From an uncultured delta proteobacterium (GTDB lineage Bacteria; Myxococcota_A; Polyangia; Polyangiales; Polyangiaceae): a DNA stretch of 64,000 bases. Shown one piece after another: positions 1 through 10,119 of the stretch (position 1 is the stretch's first letter; each line of letters starts with the position of its first letter). The position numbers and the translations under genes are program-made. The notes below the pieces were generated by a model. That model did not search any database. It saw nothing but the letters and a program-made list of their open reading frames with translations, and was not told the origin of the DNA. The DNA lies in the NCBI GenBank assembly GCA_963782055.1, contig CAWAIF010000003.1:6432001-6496000 (forward strand). The letters run 5' to 3'.

Positions 1-1731
1 TCGGAGACCTTCGGTTACTCGCCGTACGAGACCGAGACCATCGCGATGGTCCTTGAGCGCCTCCACGCGCGCGCCGAGCCCGCGCCGGACGGCAAGATCA
101 TCGAGGGCATCGACGTCGTGCGCCTGGAGGTCTTCGAGCACCGCGATCCGGTGCCGTACTTCCTGAACGCCTTCCACGCCACCTCCAAGGAGTGGGTCAT
201 CCGGCGCGAGGTGCTCCAGGACGTCGGCGACAAGTACGACCAGCTCCTCGTCGACGAGACCGCGCGCAACCTCCGTTCTCTCCCGCAGCTCTCCCTCGTG
301 CTCACCGTCGCGGTGAAGGGCTCCTCCCCGGGCAAGGTGCGCCTGGTGGTCATCACCAAGGACGTCTGGAGCCTGCGACTGCAGTGGGACATCATCCTCA
401 CCAACGGCGGCCTGGAGCGCCTCGTCCTGCAGCCGGCGGAGACCAACCTCCTCGGCATCCACCACACCCTCGGCGCCAACTTCCTCTACCAGCCGCTCTC
501 CACCTCCCTGGGCGCGTACTACGTCGTGCCCCGCTTCGGGCGGTCGCGCGTCGAGGCGACCGCCAGCGGCAACGTCGTCGTCGACAACACCACCGGCAGC
601 CCGGAGGGCTCCTTCGGCGGCGCCACCGTCGCCCAGCCCCTCTGGTCCACGCGCACCCCCTGGGCGTGGAGCGCCACCGCGCAGTGGCGCAACGAGATCA
701 CCCGCCGCTACTCCGAGGCGGCGCTCGCCACCTACGACTCGCCCCTCACCCCGCAGAAGGACGGCATCCCGTACGAGTACCACAGCGATCTGGCCCTCGC
801 CGAGGCGAGCGTCACCCGCTCCTTCGGCTGGAAATACAAGAACGACTTCGTCCTCTCCTTCCAGGCGCTGCACCGCAGCTACTCCACCCTCGACCTCTCC
901 GGCTTCGACCCCGCCGCCGTCGCCCAGTTCCGCGCGACGCGCGTCCCCATGAACGACGACCGCGTCGGTCCGGCGCTCCAGTGGCGCACCTACACCAACG
1001 ACTTCGCCCGGGTGCTCGACCTGGAGACGCTCGGCCTGCAGGAGGACGTGCGCCTCGGCCACTACCTCGGCGTGAAGGTCTACCCCGTCTCGCAGAACCT
1101 CGGCTCCACGCGCACCTTCCTGGGCGTCTTCGCCGAGGCCGGCTACACCGCGGCGATCAAGGACGGCATCTTCCGCGTGGACGTCCAGAACACGACCGAG
1201 GCCAACACCACCGACGTGCTGCAGGGCGTCTTCGACGCCGAGACCTACTTCGCCACCCCGCGCTTCGGCATCGGCCGCCTGATCTGGGCGGGCCGCTTCA
1301 TCGACCGCTACGCCGACTACCTCAACCAGGTCAGCTACGTCGGCGCCAACAGCGTGCTGCGCGGCTACCCGAGCAACTTCTTCGTCGGCAAGAACGTCGT
1401 CGCCTCCAACCTGGAGTACCGCTCGCGTCCCCTCGAGATCCTCAAGGTCCAGGTGGGCGGTGTCCTCTTCTACGACGCGGCCAGCGCCTTCGACGACTGG
1501 TCGCAGGTCGTGCCGCGGCACGCCGTCGGCTTCGGCGTGCGCGCGCTGCTCCCCCAGTTCGACCGCATCGTCTTCCGCGCCGACCTCGGCTTCCCCATCT
1601 CGGCCAGCCCGCTGCCCGCGGGCGTCGGCCCCGTCACCTTCTACGTCACCTTCGCGCAGGCGCTGGAGGCGCCGCAGTTCGGGCCCCCGTCCTCCAGCAT
1701 CGGCGCGCTGCTCGGCTCGACCTCGCGCTGA
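1..1731 (+). CDS. BamA/TamA (Omp85)-like outer-membrane protein, 5'-truncated by the window edge
   Basis: Frame is open from base 1. It has a POTRA-like N-terminus (VIRREVL..GD), amphipathic beta-strands and an Omp85-like C-terminus (LRGYP..F.G, FYDA, GFGVR, FRADLGFP). Confidence 0.7.
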   Translation, partial: SETFGYSPYETETIAMVLERLHARAEPAPDGKIIEGIDVVRLEVFEHRDPVPYFLNAFHATSKEWVIRREVLQDVGDKYDQLLVDETARNLRSLPQLSLVLTVAVKGSSPGKVRLVVITKDVWSLRLQWDIILTNGGLERLVLQPAETNLLGIHHTLGANFLYQPLSTSLGAYYVVPRFGRSRVEATASGNVVVDNTTGSPEGSFGGATVAQPLWSTRTPWAWSATAQWRNEITRRYSEAALATYDSPLTPQKDGIPYEYHSDLALAEASVTRSFGWKYKNDFVLSFQALHRSYSTLDLSGFDPAAVAQFRATRVPMNDDRVGPALQWRTYTNDFARVLDLETLGLQEDVRLGHYLGVKVYPVSQNLGSTRTFLGVFAEAGYTAAIKDGIFRVDVQNTTEANTTDVLQGVFDAETYFATPRFGIGRLIWAGRFIDRYADYLNQVSYVGANSVLRGYPSNFFVGKNVVASNLEYRSRPLEILKVQVGGVLFYDAASAFDDWSQVVPRHAVGFGVRALLPQFDRIVFRADLGFPISASPLPAGVGPVTFYVTFAQALEAPQFGPPSSSIGALLGSTSR

Positions 1732-1787
1732 CCTTCACGCGCCAGCGGTGCCGAGCGCCGGGCCGACGCCTTCACGCCATCGCGCGC

Positions 1788-2096
1788 TCAGTCCGGCGGG
1801 ATGCAGATTGGCGCGGAGCCGTCACAGCCGGCGCGGCACGCCGCTCCGCTACCGAAGCGCGCGACGCACCGGTTGTCCTCGGTGCACGCGACGGTGCAGA
1901 TGTTCGCCATCGACGAGCACCCGTTTCCGACGGGCAGCGACTCGGTCAGGCACGTCGTCCCGCCGCCGCAGTCCGGCTCGACCACGTTGCACGGCTCGCC
2001 CGGCGGGATCTCGCCCGCGTCGCTCTTGCCCCCGCATCCGGCAGCCACCAGCGCGAGGCAGATGACCAGGACCGGGCTCCAGGGGAACCGCGTCAT
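1788..2096 (-). CDS. Small Cys-rich lipoprotein (102 aa)
   Basis: ATG at 2096 follows GGAGG. Signal peptide with lipobox VAAGC, then a Cys-rich domain. Confidence 0.7.
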   Translation of the reverse strand: MTRFPWSPVLVICLALVAAGCGGKSDAGEIPPGEPCNVVEPDCGGGTTCLTESLPVGNGCSSMANICTVACTEDNRCVARFGSGAACRAGCDGSAPICIPPD

Positions 2097-2175
2097 CCAG
2101 CCTCCGTCCGCCTCGTCCAGGCTTGCCGCAGAGCCTGCACGATCGCGCCGCGGCCGGCGCACGACGGAGCACCAT

Positions 2176-2345
2176 CCTCCCCGTGTGGCGCGCGGAGCGC
2201 GACACCGTGGGGAGGAAGCGCCACGCGCAGGGCTCGCGCGCAAGCCTTCTCGCGCGCCGGAACATGTGTATCCTGCATACATTGGCGGCGCGCGAGAAGG
2301 CGAGCACGAGCCCGAGCATGGCGCCAGGAGGGGCCCACCCCCCTC
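2176..2345. repeat. Dispersed three-hairpin element, copy 1
   Basis: Aligns with 36452-36620. Stems: cctcccc/ggggagg, gggctcg/cgagccc, gccttctcgcgcgcc/ggcgcgcgagaaggc. Confidence 0.85.
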
Positions 2346-2358
2346 TTCGCCCCACCCC

Positions 2359-4263
2359 TCACCACTCCGTGCGCTGGACCACCGGGAGCTGCAGCGCGCG
2401 CTCGCGGTCCAGGTCCAGGTTGCCCACGTGGAGGCTGAGCGGCGCCTGCACCCACTTGTAGATGGACTGCACGAAGAGGCGCCCGAAGCGCTCGGCCCAG
2501 GCGTCGGTCTTCTGGGCGCCGTGCTCCGGGAACATGGCGCCGAGCACGGTCGCCACCTCCTCGACGCTCATCTTCTCCCCCGCGTAGAGCGCGAAGCACG
2601 CGTCCAGCACCGGGAAGGGCATCAGCTCCCGCTCGTCCTCCTGGTCCTCCGCCAGCTCCGCCGACGCGGGCTTCTTCAAGGTCAGCCGGATCGCCTCCGA
2701 GCCCGTCGTCTCCAGCAGGTAGTCCAGGAGCATGTTCACCACCGTCTTGGGCACGTTGGCGATCACCGAGAGCGCGCCCTCCAGGTCCCCGCCGATGGTG
2801 CAGTACCCCACCGCCTTCTCGCTCATGTTGCTCGTCTGCAGGAAGAGGCCGCCCGCGGAGTTGGCCCACGTCCACATCCGCTCCGCGCGCACGCGCGCCT
2901 GCGCGTTCTGCCGCGCCATCGGCGTCAGCGCCTCGCCCGGCTGGAGCATCCCCTTCACCGCCTCCAGCTCCCGCTCGAACGCCTCGTCGATGGGCACCTC
3001 GGCGTAGACCGCGCCCAGCTCCTCCGCCGTCTTCTTCGCCGCCGCCCGCGTCTCCTCCGAGGAGTAGCGGCTGGGCATGAAGAAGCCGCGCAGGATCGCC
3101 CGCGCCTTCGCGTCGCGCCCCGCCTGGTCCAGCGCGGCGAAGCGCCTGTCGACGTAGCGCCGCGCGATCCACAGGCTGAGCAGGCTGTCGCGCCCGCCGG
3201 AGAGCGCCACGCCGATCGTCTTGAAGGCGCGCGTCTTCTCGAAGTAGTCGCCCACCCCGACGGCGAGCGCGTCGAGCAGGTCCTCGCAGAAGCGCGCGCG
3301 GGGATCGGGCGGCGGCGCGCTGGTGTCGGGCAGGAAGAAGCTCCGGTTCGCCGGCACCGGGTAGGTGAGCTTCGCCCGGCCGGGGGCCTTCGCCTCCACG
3401 CGCACCCGCCGCACCGCCGGCGTCGCGTCCAGGAAGGCCCGGCGGTCGTGCCGCCAGGTGGTGTTCTCCGATCGCAGCCGCTCGGTGCGGTCCAGGTCCA
3501 CCGTCACCGCGGCCACGCCCTCCTGGAAGCGCGGTGCGTCCAGCAGCACCCGCCCGTTCTGCGCGACGAACCCGCCGCCGTCGAAGATCAGGCCGTCGTT
3601 GGCGCCGAACAAGTTGCAGTATGCAACCGTCGCCTGGTTGTCCGCCGCGCGCGTGGCGATCATCTCCCGCCGCGTCTCCATGATCCCCAGCCGGAAGGGC
3701 GACGCGGAGAGGTTGAGCACCAGCTCCGCCCCCGCGTAGCACCGCCGCCGCATCGGCCCGTCGGGCGACCAGAGGTCCTCGCACACCTCCACCGCGAAGG
3801 TGGCGAAGGGCGCGTCGAACACCATGTCCCCGAAGGGCACGCCGCCGATCTCCCCGCTCAGCCCCGGCTCCCCGCGCGAGAGCGTGCGCTCCTCGTAGAA
3901 GACGTTGTAGGTGGGCAGCTTCTCCTTCGGCACCAGGCCCAGCACCCCGCCGCCGTGCACGACGGCCGCCGCGTTGTAGAGGCTGGGGCCCCGCGCGACC
4001 GTCAGGCCGAGCGTGAAGATCGCCTCGTCGCTCGCCGTCGCCTCCGCGAAGGCGCCGAGCGCCTCCCACTGCGCCGCCACGAAGGCCCGCCACTGCACCA
4101 GGTCCTCCGGCGCGTACCCGCCCAGCACCTGCTCCGGCAGCGCCACGAAGGTCGCCCCCTTGGCGGCCGCCTCCCGCGCGAGCTCGATCGCCCGCGCCGC
4201 GTTGCTCTTCACCGCGCCCACCGTGCTGTTGGCGGTCGCCAGGGCGATCCGAATGAGTCTCAT
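2359..4263 (-). CDS. nadE: Glutamine-dependent NAD+ synthetase
   Basis: N-terminal nitrilase/CN-hydrolase domain (LPE, PKEKLPTYNVFYEER, VCEDLW) plus NAD synthetase domain (LSGGRDS, QNAQARVR, NMSEKAVGY). Confidence 0.95.
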   Translation of the reverse strand: MRLIRIALATANSTVGAVKSNAARAIELAREAAAKGATFVALPEQVLGGYAPEDLVQWRAFVAAQWEALGAFAEATASDEAIFTLGLTVARGPSLYNAAAVVHGGGVLGLVPKEKLPTYNVFYEERTLSRGEPGLSGEIGGVPFGDMVFDAPFATFAVEVCEDLWSPDGPMRRRCYAGAELVLNLSASPFRLGIMETRREMIATRAADNQATVAYCNLFGANDGLIFDGGGFVAQNGRVLLDAPRFQEGVAAVTVDLDRTERLRSENTTWRHDRRAFLDATPAVRRVRVEAKAPGRAKLTYPVPANRSFFLPDTSAPPPDPRARFCEDLLDALAVGVGDYFEKTRAFKTIGVALSGGRDSLLSLWIARRYVDRRFAALDQAGRDAKARAILRGFFMPSRYSSEETRAAAKKTAEELGAVYAEVPIDEAFERELEAVKGMLQPGEALTPMARQNAQARVRAERMWTWANSAGGLFLQTSNMSEKAVGYCTIGGDLEGALSVIANVPKTVVNMLLDYLLETTGSEAIRLTLKKPASAELAEDQEDERELMPFPVLDACFALYAGEKMSVEEVATVLGAMFPEHGAQKTDAWAERFGRLFVQSIYKWVQAPLSLHVGNLDLDRERALQLPVVQRTEW

Positions 4264-4293
4264 TGACTGTTTCTCGCTAGCCCTTCTCTAGGG

Positions 4294-5184
4294 TCACCGG
4301 AAGGCTCCGACCAGCCCCTCGTACACGCTGGCGTGGGCCGCCACGCTCGCCTCCACGTCGCGATGGTACCCGCCGCCGAGCGTCACGACGAGGGGCACGG
4401 CCAGCCGCCTCGCCAGGGCGAAGACCGCCTCGTTGCGGGCGCGCAGGCCGGCCAGGGTGAGCCGCATCCGCCCGAGGCGGTCGCCGGCGAGCACGTCCAC
4501 GCCCGCCTGGAAGAAGAGCAGCTCCGGACGGAAGCCCTCCACACGCTCCAGCGCGCCGCCCAGCGCGGCGAGGTACGTGGCGTCGTCGCACGCGTCGGGC
4601 AGCTCCACGTCGAGGGAGCTCCGCTCCTTCCGGAAGGGGTAATTACGTGCACCATGCAAGGACACGGTGAGCACGTCGTCGTCGCCGGCGAAGATGGCCG
4701 CGGTGCCGTTGCCCTGGTGCACGTCCAGGTCCACCACCGCCGCGCGGCGCACGCCGTGATCGCGCCGCGCGACCCGCACCGCGACCGCGATGTCGTTGAA
4801 GACGCAGAAGCCCTCCCCGCGATCGGCGAAGGCGTGGTGCGTGCCGCCGGCGATGTGCCCCGACGCTCCCTCCTGCAGCGCCCACGCCAGCGCGGCCAGC
4901 GTCCCGCCCACGCTGCGCAGCGATCGCTCCACGAGCATCTCCGACCACGGGAAGCCGAGCCGCCGCACCGCCTTCTCCTCGAGCGTCCCGTCCTTCACCG
5001 CCCTGACGTACGCGCCGTCGTGGACGAGCGTGACGTCCTCCACCGTCGCGCGCGCCCCTCGCTGCATCGCCCACGGGAACGCCCCCGACAGCCGCGCGTG
5101 GAGCTTGCCGTACTTGGCGATCGGAAACCGATGCCCCGGCGGTAACGGCAACCGGTGCAGGTTCTCGGTGAAGATCAGCCGCAC
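4294..5184 (-). CDS. Histone deacetylase family (Zn-dependent deacylase)
   Basis: HRFPIAKY, GGTHHA, GFCVFNDIA, DLDVHQGNGT, AGVD..GD.LG, GGGY. GTG start at 5184 inferred. Confidence 0.92.
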   Translation of the reverse strand: MRLIFTENLHRLPLPPGHRFPIAKYGKLHARLSGAFPWAMQRGARATVEDVTLVHDGAYVRAVKDGTLEEKAVRRLGFPWSEMLVERSLRSVGGTLAALAWALQEGASGHIAGGTHHAFADRGEGFCVFNDIAVAVRVARRDHGVRRAAVVDLDVHQGNGTAAIFAGDDDVLTVSLHGARNYPFRKERSSLDVELPDACDDATYLAALGGALERVEGFRPELLFFQAGVDVLAGDRLGRMRLTLAGLRARNEAVFALARRLAVPLVVTLGGGYHRDVEASVAAHASVYEGLVGAFR

Positions 5185-5299
5185 CCCCTCATTGGTACCT
5201 GCAACCCGCCGCCGCGCAAACGGGGACTCCCGCGCCGATTTGCCCGAAATCGGACCCCACCCGTCTTGACGCCCCCCGCCCCATCCACACGATCCGTAG

Positions 5300-6688
5300 G
5301 TGAGCCGCCACATCTTTCGCCGCTGGACGCGAGGACTCTTCCTCCTCCTCTTTGCCGTCGCCGGCCTGGGCTGGTCGGCGGCCGCCCGGGCGGAGACGTA
5401 CGTCCACATCGGCATCACCGGCGTCATCAACCCGGTCGAGGCGCGCTACGTGCGCCACGCGCTGGACGTCGCGCACGATCGGCACGCGGCCTTCCTGCTC
5501 GTCTCCATCGACACCCCCGGCGGCCTCGTCAGCTCCATGGAGGAGATCACCTCCGCCATCACCAACGCCAACGTCCCGGTCGTCGGCTTCGTCGAGCCCA
5601 CGAGCGCGCAGGCCACCAGCGCCGGCGCCTTCATCCTGCTCGCCACCGACATCGCGGCCATGGAGCCCCACACCCGCGTGGGCGCCTCCCATCCGGTCGG
5701 CAACGAGGGCAAGGACCTCTCCAGCGTCATGAACGAGAAGGCGACCAACAGCCTGGTGTCGCTCGCCAAGTCCCTCGCCGCCCGTCGCGGCCGCCCGGAG
5801 AGCTTCGGCGAGTCCATCGTGCGCAACTCGGCCAGCTACACCGCGGAGGAGGCCAAGGCGAAGGGCGCTGTGGAGATCCTGGCGCCCGACCGCGCCGACC
5901 TGCTGCGCCAGCTCGACGGCCGCGCCGTCACCGTCCACGGGCACGAGGTCGTCCTGCACACGCAGGGGGCGCAGGCGATCGAGCTACCCCTCTCCTGGCC
6001 CGCGCGCCTGCTGGATCACCTCGCCGACCCGACGATCGCGTCGATGCTGCTGTCCCTCGGCATGCTGGGGATCCTCTACGAGCTCTCCTCCCCCGGCATC
6101 GGCGCCGCGGGGATCGTCGGCGTCGTCTCGCTGCTCACCGGCCTCTGGGCGATGAGCGTGCTCCCGGTGGAGCTGAGCGGCGTGCTGCTGCTCGTGGCCG
6201 GCTTCGTCGCCATCGCGATCGAGATCAAGGTGCAGAGCCACGGCGCGCTCGCCTTCGGCGGCGTGGTGTCGCTGCTGCTCGGCGGGCTCATGCTCGTCGA
6301 CAGGGCGAGCTACTTCGGCGGCACGCAGCAGGTCGACTGGCGCGTCTTCGCGCCCTTCCTGGCGCTCGCGACGGCCGCGGTGGTCTTCCTCGCCTCGGTG
6401 GTGCTGCGGTCGCAGCACGCCCGCCTCCAGACGGGCGTGGAGTCGCTGGTGGGGCGCAGCGGTCACGCCCGCTCCACCTTTCGCGCCGCCGGCGGCGGTT
6501 TCGCGGGTACGGTCTTCGTGGACGGGGCGCGCTGGGCGGCCAGGTCCGCCGCCCCGCTGGAGGACGGGGCGGACGTGATCGTCACCGCGGTGCTCGCCGG
6601 TCCGGCGCGCCTGGAGGTTCGCCCGGCGACGCAGCCGAAGAGCCCCGGGGGCGAGGTGCGCGTCGAGCCAACGCTCGCGAGGCCGTGA
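5300..6688 (+). CDS. nfeD: NfeD family membrane-bound serine protease (long form)
   Basis: IDTPGG and A.SAG.FI ClpP-like domain, TM bundle, C-terminal OB-fold (G.V.VDG.RW.A). Lies upstream of a stomatin gene. Confidence 0.9.
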   Translation: MSRHIFRRWTRGLFLLLFAVAGLGWSAAARAETYVHIGITGVINPVEARYVRHALDVAHDRHAAFLLVSIDTPGGLVSSMEEITSAITNANVPVVGFVEPTSAQATSAGAFILLATDIAAMEPHTRVGASHPVGNEGKDLSSVMNEKATNSLVSLAKSLAARRGRPESFGESIVRNSASYTAEEAKAKGAVEILAPDRADLLRQLDGRAVTVHGHEVVLHTQGAQAIELPLSWPARLLDHLADPTIASMLLSLGMLGILYELSSPGIGAAGIVGVVSLLTGLWAMSVLPVELSGVLLLVAGFVAIAIEIKVQSHGALAFGGVVSLLLGGLMLVDRASYFGGTQQVDWRVFAPFLALATAAVVFLASVVLRSQHARLQTGVESLVGRSGHARSTFRAAGGGFAGTVFVDGARWAARSAAPLEDGADVIVTAVLAGPARLEVRPATQPKSPGGEVRVEPTLARP

Positions 6689-6725
6689 CCCGCGAGCTCG
6701 AGTCAGAGTGAAAGGAGCTTCTTCG

Positions 6726-7511
6726 ATGGATCCCAATGTGCTTCTGATCGGGCTGTCGCTCGTCGCGGCGATGGTCTTTCTGGTGGTGGCGCGCGCCGTC
6801 CGCATCGTCAAGGAGTACGAGCGCGGCGTCGTCTTCCGCCTCGGCCGCGTGGAGCCGGGCAACGTGAAGGGCCCCGGCCTGCGGCTGCTCGTGCCCTTCA
6901 TCGATCGCATGCTCAAGGTCGACCTGCGCACCGTCACCCTGGACGTGCCCCCGCAGGAGGTCATCACGAAGGACAACGTGACGATCAAGGTCAACGCGGT
7001 CGTCTACTTCAACGTGATGAACCCGGTGGACGCCGTCATCAAGATCGCCAACCACTTCGTCGCCACCTCGCTCTACGCCCAGACCACCCTGCGCAACATC
7101 CTCGGCCAGCACGAGCTGGACGAGATCCTGGCGGAGCGCGAGAAGATCGGCCAGGCGCTGCAGCGCATCATCGACGAGGCGACCGACGCATGGGGCGTCA
7201 AGGTGAGCGCGGTGGAGATCAAGGACATCGAGCTGCCGGAGGTCATGCGCCGCGCCATGGCGCGCCAGGCGGAGGCCGAGCGCGAGCGCCGGGCGAAGGT
7301 CATCGCCGCGGAGGGCGAGTTCCAGGCCTCGCAGAAGCTGATGGAGGCCGCGCAGATACTCGAGAAGAGCGCGTCGGCGCTGCAGCTGCGTTACCTGCAG
7401 ACGCTGGTGGAGATCGGCGTGGAGAACTCGACGACCGTCGTCTTCCCGCTGCCGCTCGACCTCGTCGGCCCCTTCAAGGAGCTGCTGACCACGAAGAACT
7501 CGCAGCGTTGA
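6726..7511 (+). CDS. SPFH/stomatin (slipin) family protein
   Basis: [47 protein letters not shown]. Start may be GTG 6708. Confidence 0.93.
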   Translation: MDPNVLLIGLSLVAAMVFLVVARAVRIVKEYERGVVFRLGRVEPGNVKGPGLRLLVPFIDRMLKVDLRTVTLDVPPQEVITKDNVTIKVNAVVYFNVMNPVDAVIKIANHFVATSLYAQTTLRNILGQHELDEILAEREKIGQALQRIIDEATDAWGVKVSAVEIKDIELPEVMRRAMARQAEAERERRAKVIAAEGEFQASQKLMEAAQILEKSASALQLRYLQTLVEIGVENSTTVVFPLPLDLVGPFKELLTTKNSQR

Positions 7512-7521
7512 CGCGGGTGGC

Positions 7522-7537
7522 AGGCACCGGTCTTGCT
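7522..7537 (+). promoter_or_regulatory. Candidate sigma54 -24/-12 promoter
   Basis: AGGCACCGGTCTTGCT: GG-N10-GC, with GGCAC and TTGC; intergenic. Confidence 0.5.
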
Positions 7538-7548
7538 TCACCCCAGGC

Positions 7549-7878
7549 ATGACCGGCGCCCTGCTGCCCCTGCTCGTCGCCGTCGTGTTCTGCGCGGTCA
7601 CCTCCGCGCTGGTGTTCCGCGGCGTGCGCGTCCGGCAGGCCAGAAATCTCATCGCCTTCGGCGCCGTGGTGATCGACGTGAACCCCGAGGGTGTACCCGC
7701 GCGCGAGAGGTCGCGTCGCGTGCCGCTCGACGACATCATCGATCGCGCGGGCGACCTCGCCGCCAAGGACGACGCCGTGGTGATCATCGGCCGGCACCTG
7801 CGCGCCGTGCGCGCCGCCTACAGGCTGCGCGCCCTCGGCTTCCGCCACGTCACCGCCGTCGCCGCGCTCCGCGGCTGA
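7549..7878 (+). CDS. Small membrane-anchored protein with degenerate rhodanese-like domain
   Basis: N-terminal TM; GAVVIDV, RVPLDDI, L...GFRHV..V pattern. No active-site Cys. Confidence 0.55.
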   Translation: MTGALLPLLVAVVFCAVTSALVFRGVRVRQARNLIAFGAVVIDVNPEGVPARERSRRVPLDDIIDRAGDLAAKDDAVVIIGRHLRAVRAAYRLRALGFRHVTAVAALRG

Positions 7879-7988
7879 CGCGCGCATCTCCTTCGCGACG
7901 GCGCGAGCCATGCACCTGACCGTCGCCGCGGCCCCCGCCGCCCCCGCTCTTTGCGCGAGCCGCGCTGCACTCCGCGCGGCCAGGTGAG

Positions 7989-8004
7989 GGGCACCCTTGA
8001 TGCA
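7989..8004 (+). promoter_or_regulatory. Candidate sigma54 promoter
   Basis: GGGCACCCTTGATGCA (GG-N10-GC), about 25 bp upstream of ATG 8029. Confidence 0.4.
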
Positions 8005-8028
8005 ACCCGTACGTGCGTGCCCCCCGCG

Positions 8029-9288
8029 ATGGCCCGCCTCGCCCAGATCTTCACGCCCGAGGGCGTGCAGATCGCCGTCGTGCTGCTGCTGTCCTTCCTT
8101 GTCGGTCTGGAGCGGGAGGAGCACAAGGCGAGCTCCAAGCACTACAGCTTCGGCGGGGTCCGCACCTTCCCCCTCGTCGGCCTGCTCGGCTACGCCCTCG
8201 CGTGGGTCTCGGCGCCGAGCGTCGTGCCGCTGACCATCGGCCTGGCCGTCGTGGGCGCCCTCATGGTGGTCTCCTACCGCCACAAGCTGGCGCACTCGCG
8301 CTCGGCGGGCGTGACGACCGAGGTCTCCGGCCTGCTCACCTTTCTGGTGGGCGCGCTCGTGCAGCGCAACGGCTTCTGGATCGCCGGCGCGCTGGCGATC
8401 GTGAGCGCGGGCCTGCTCGAGCTCAAGGCCGGCCTGCAGAAGCTCGCCGCGCGTGTCGGCCCGGAGGAGGTGCTCTCCCTCACCAAGTTCCTGCTCCTGT
8501 CCATCGTGGTGCTCCCGGTCCTGCCGAACCAGCCCTTCGGCCGCTTCCACGTCAACCCCTTCCGCACGTGGCTGATCGTCGTGGTCGTCAGCGGCATCTC
8601 CTACGGCAGCTACGTGCTGCAGCGCTGGATGAAGGGGCGCGGCGACGTGCTGCTCGTCGGCGTGCTGGGCGGCGCGTACTCCTCGACCGCCACCACCGTG
8701 GTGCTCGCCCGGCGCGGGAAGGACACCGACCGGCCGCACGTCTTCGCCGGCTCCATCCTCGCGGCCTCCGGCGCGATGTACGCGAGGCTGGTCGTGTTGC
8801 TCATGGTCTTCGACGCCACGCTGGCGCGCGCCCTCGCGCCGGGGTTCCTCGCGCTCGCCGCGCTGGCGTGCGGCGGGGGCTGGCTGGTCGCGCATCGCGA
8901 CGCCGGCACCGCGGCCCCGAGCGAGCCGGCGCGCACCAAGAACCCGCTGGAGCTGCGCACCGCGCTGCTGTTCGCCCTCGTCTTCCTGGTGATGCTCATC
9001 GCGACCCGCGTCGCGCTGGAGACGCTGGGCAGCGGCGGCGTCTACGGCCTCGCCGGGGTGATGGGCGTCGCCGACGTCGACCCCTTCGTGATGAGCCTGA
9101 CGCAGTCCGGCGCCGCCGCGGCCACCCTCCACACCGCGTCCATCGCCGTCACCATCGCCGCGGCGAGCAACAACCTCGCGAAGGGCGTGTACGCGTTCGT
9201 CATCGCGCGGGGCAAGACGGGCACCACCAGCCTGCTTCTCCTCGCCGCTCTCGCCGCCGCAGGCCTCGCCCCGATCCTCTTTTTCTGA
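8029..9288 (+). CDS. MgtC/SapB-DUF4010 membrane protein
   Basis: VGLERE, GGVRTFPL, GVTTE, GG.YSSTATT, G.ADVD, AAASNN..K; many TM helices. Confidence 0.88.
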   Translation: MARLAQIFTPEGVQIAVVLLLSFLVGLEREEHKASSKHYSFGGVRTFPLVGLLGYALAWVSAPSVVPLTIGLAVVGALMVVSYRHKLAHSRSAGVTTEVSGLLTFLVGALVQRNGFWIAGALAIVSAGLLELKAGLQKLAARVGPEEVLSLTKFLLLSIVVLPVLPNQPFGRFHVNPFRTWLIVVVVSGISYGSYVLQRWMKGRGDVLLVGVLGGAYSSTATTVVLARRGKDTDRPHVFAGSILAASGAMYARLVVLLMVFDATLARALAPGFLALAALACGGGWLVAHRDAGTAAPSEPARTKNPLELRTALLFALVFLVMLIATRVALETLGSGGVYGLAGVMGVADVDPFVMSLTQSGAAAATLHTASIAVTIAAASNNLAKGVYAFVIARGKTGTTSLLLLAALAAAGLAPILFF

Positions 9289-9360
9289 ATGGACGAGCGC
9301 GATGCGAAATCGCGCTCGTCCGATCTAGGTCTTGTCTCACGCTGCGGCACGCGGCGCCCC

Positions 9361-10119
9361 TCAGGGAAGGATCTGGTCCGGGTACCGCCGGATCAACGCG
9401 TTCTCCGCAGCGCGCGCCTCATCCGCCCTCCCCACCGCCCGGAGCGCGCGCGCCCGGAGCGTCAGCTCCTCCGGCTCCAGCTTCCGCTTCGGGAGGGCGT
9501 CGATCACACCGAGCAAGGTGAGCGCCCTGTCCGGGTCGCCGCGCAGCAACGCGCCGCGCGCCTCGCTCACCAGCCGGGCCTCCCGGGCGAGCTCGTCGCC
9601 GGGGCCCGCGCCCTGCGCGGCCGCTGCCTGGCCGCCGCCGGAAGCGCGCGGCGTGTCCGCGATGCGCGCGCTCGCGCGGCTCGCGTGCACGACACCCGCG
9701 CCGGCCCCCGACGCGGTGCCCACCCCCACGGCCCGCGCGACCTCCCCGCCCCCCGGGCCCGCAGCGGCGCCGCCCCGCGCCCGCGCGACGTCACCCTGCG
9801 CCCGCGCCTCCATCGCCACCGTGGCCCGCGGCAAGCGCTCCGCGACGCCTCGGCGCGCGATCGGCTCGGGCGCCACCGACGCGCCCGGCGCGGCCGGGCG
9901 CAGCGCGAGCAGCGCTCCGGCGAGCCCCACCGTCACCACACCCCCGAGCAAGGTCCCGAGCACCAGCTTGCCCGACAGCCCCTTGGCCGTCGCCAGCGCG
10001 GCGGGCGCCGCCGCCGCCGCCTGCACGCCCCGCCACATCGCCTCCCGCGAGCCGGCGTTCGGCCGATCGTCGCGCGCGGCGCGCAGCAGCGTCCTCGTCT
10101 CCGACGACAGGTCGCTCAT
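9361..10119 (-). CDS. Putative anti-sigma factor (single TM, Ala-rich linker, C-terminal TPR-like helices)
   Basis: Start overlaps the ECF sigma stop. C-terminus ELAREARLVSEARGAL..RRYP is typical of myxobacterial ECF partners. Confidence 0.6.
   Translation of the reverse strand: MSDLSSETRTLLRAARDDRPNAGSREAMWRGVQAAAAAPAALATAKGLSGKLVLGTLLGGVVTVGLAGALLALRPAAPGASVAPEPIARRGVAERLPRATVAMEARAQGDVARARGGAAAGPGGGEVARAVGVGTASGAGAGVVHASRASARIADTPRASGGGQAAAAQGAGPGDELAREARLVSEARGALLRGDPDRALTLLGVIDALPKRKLEPEELTLRARALRAVGRADEARAAENALIRRYPDQILP

Noticed and set aside
5300..7511. NfeD-stomatin pair as a novel system
   Set aside because: Well-known conserved gene pair.
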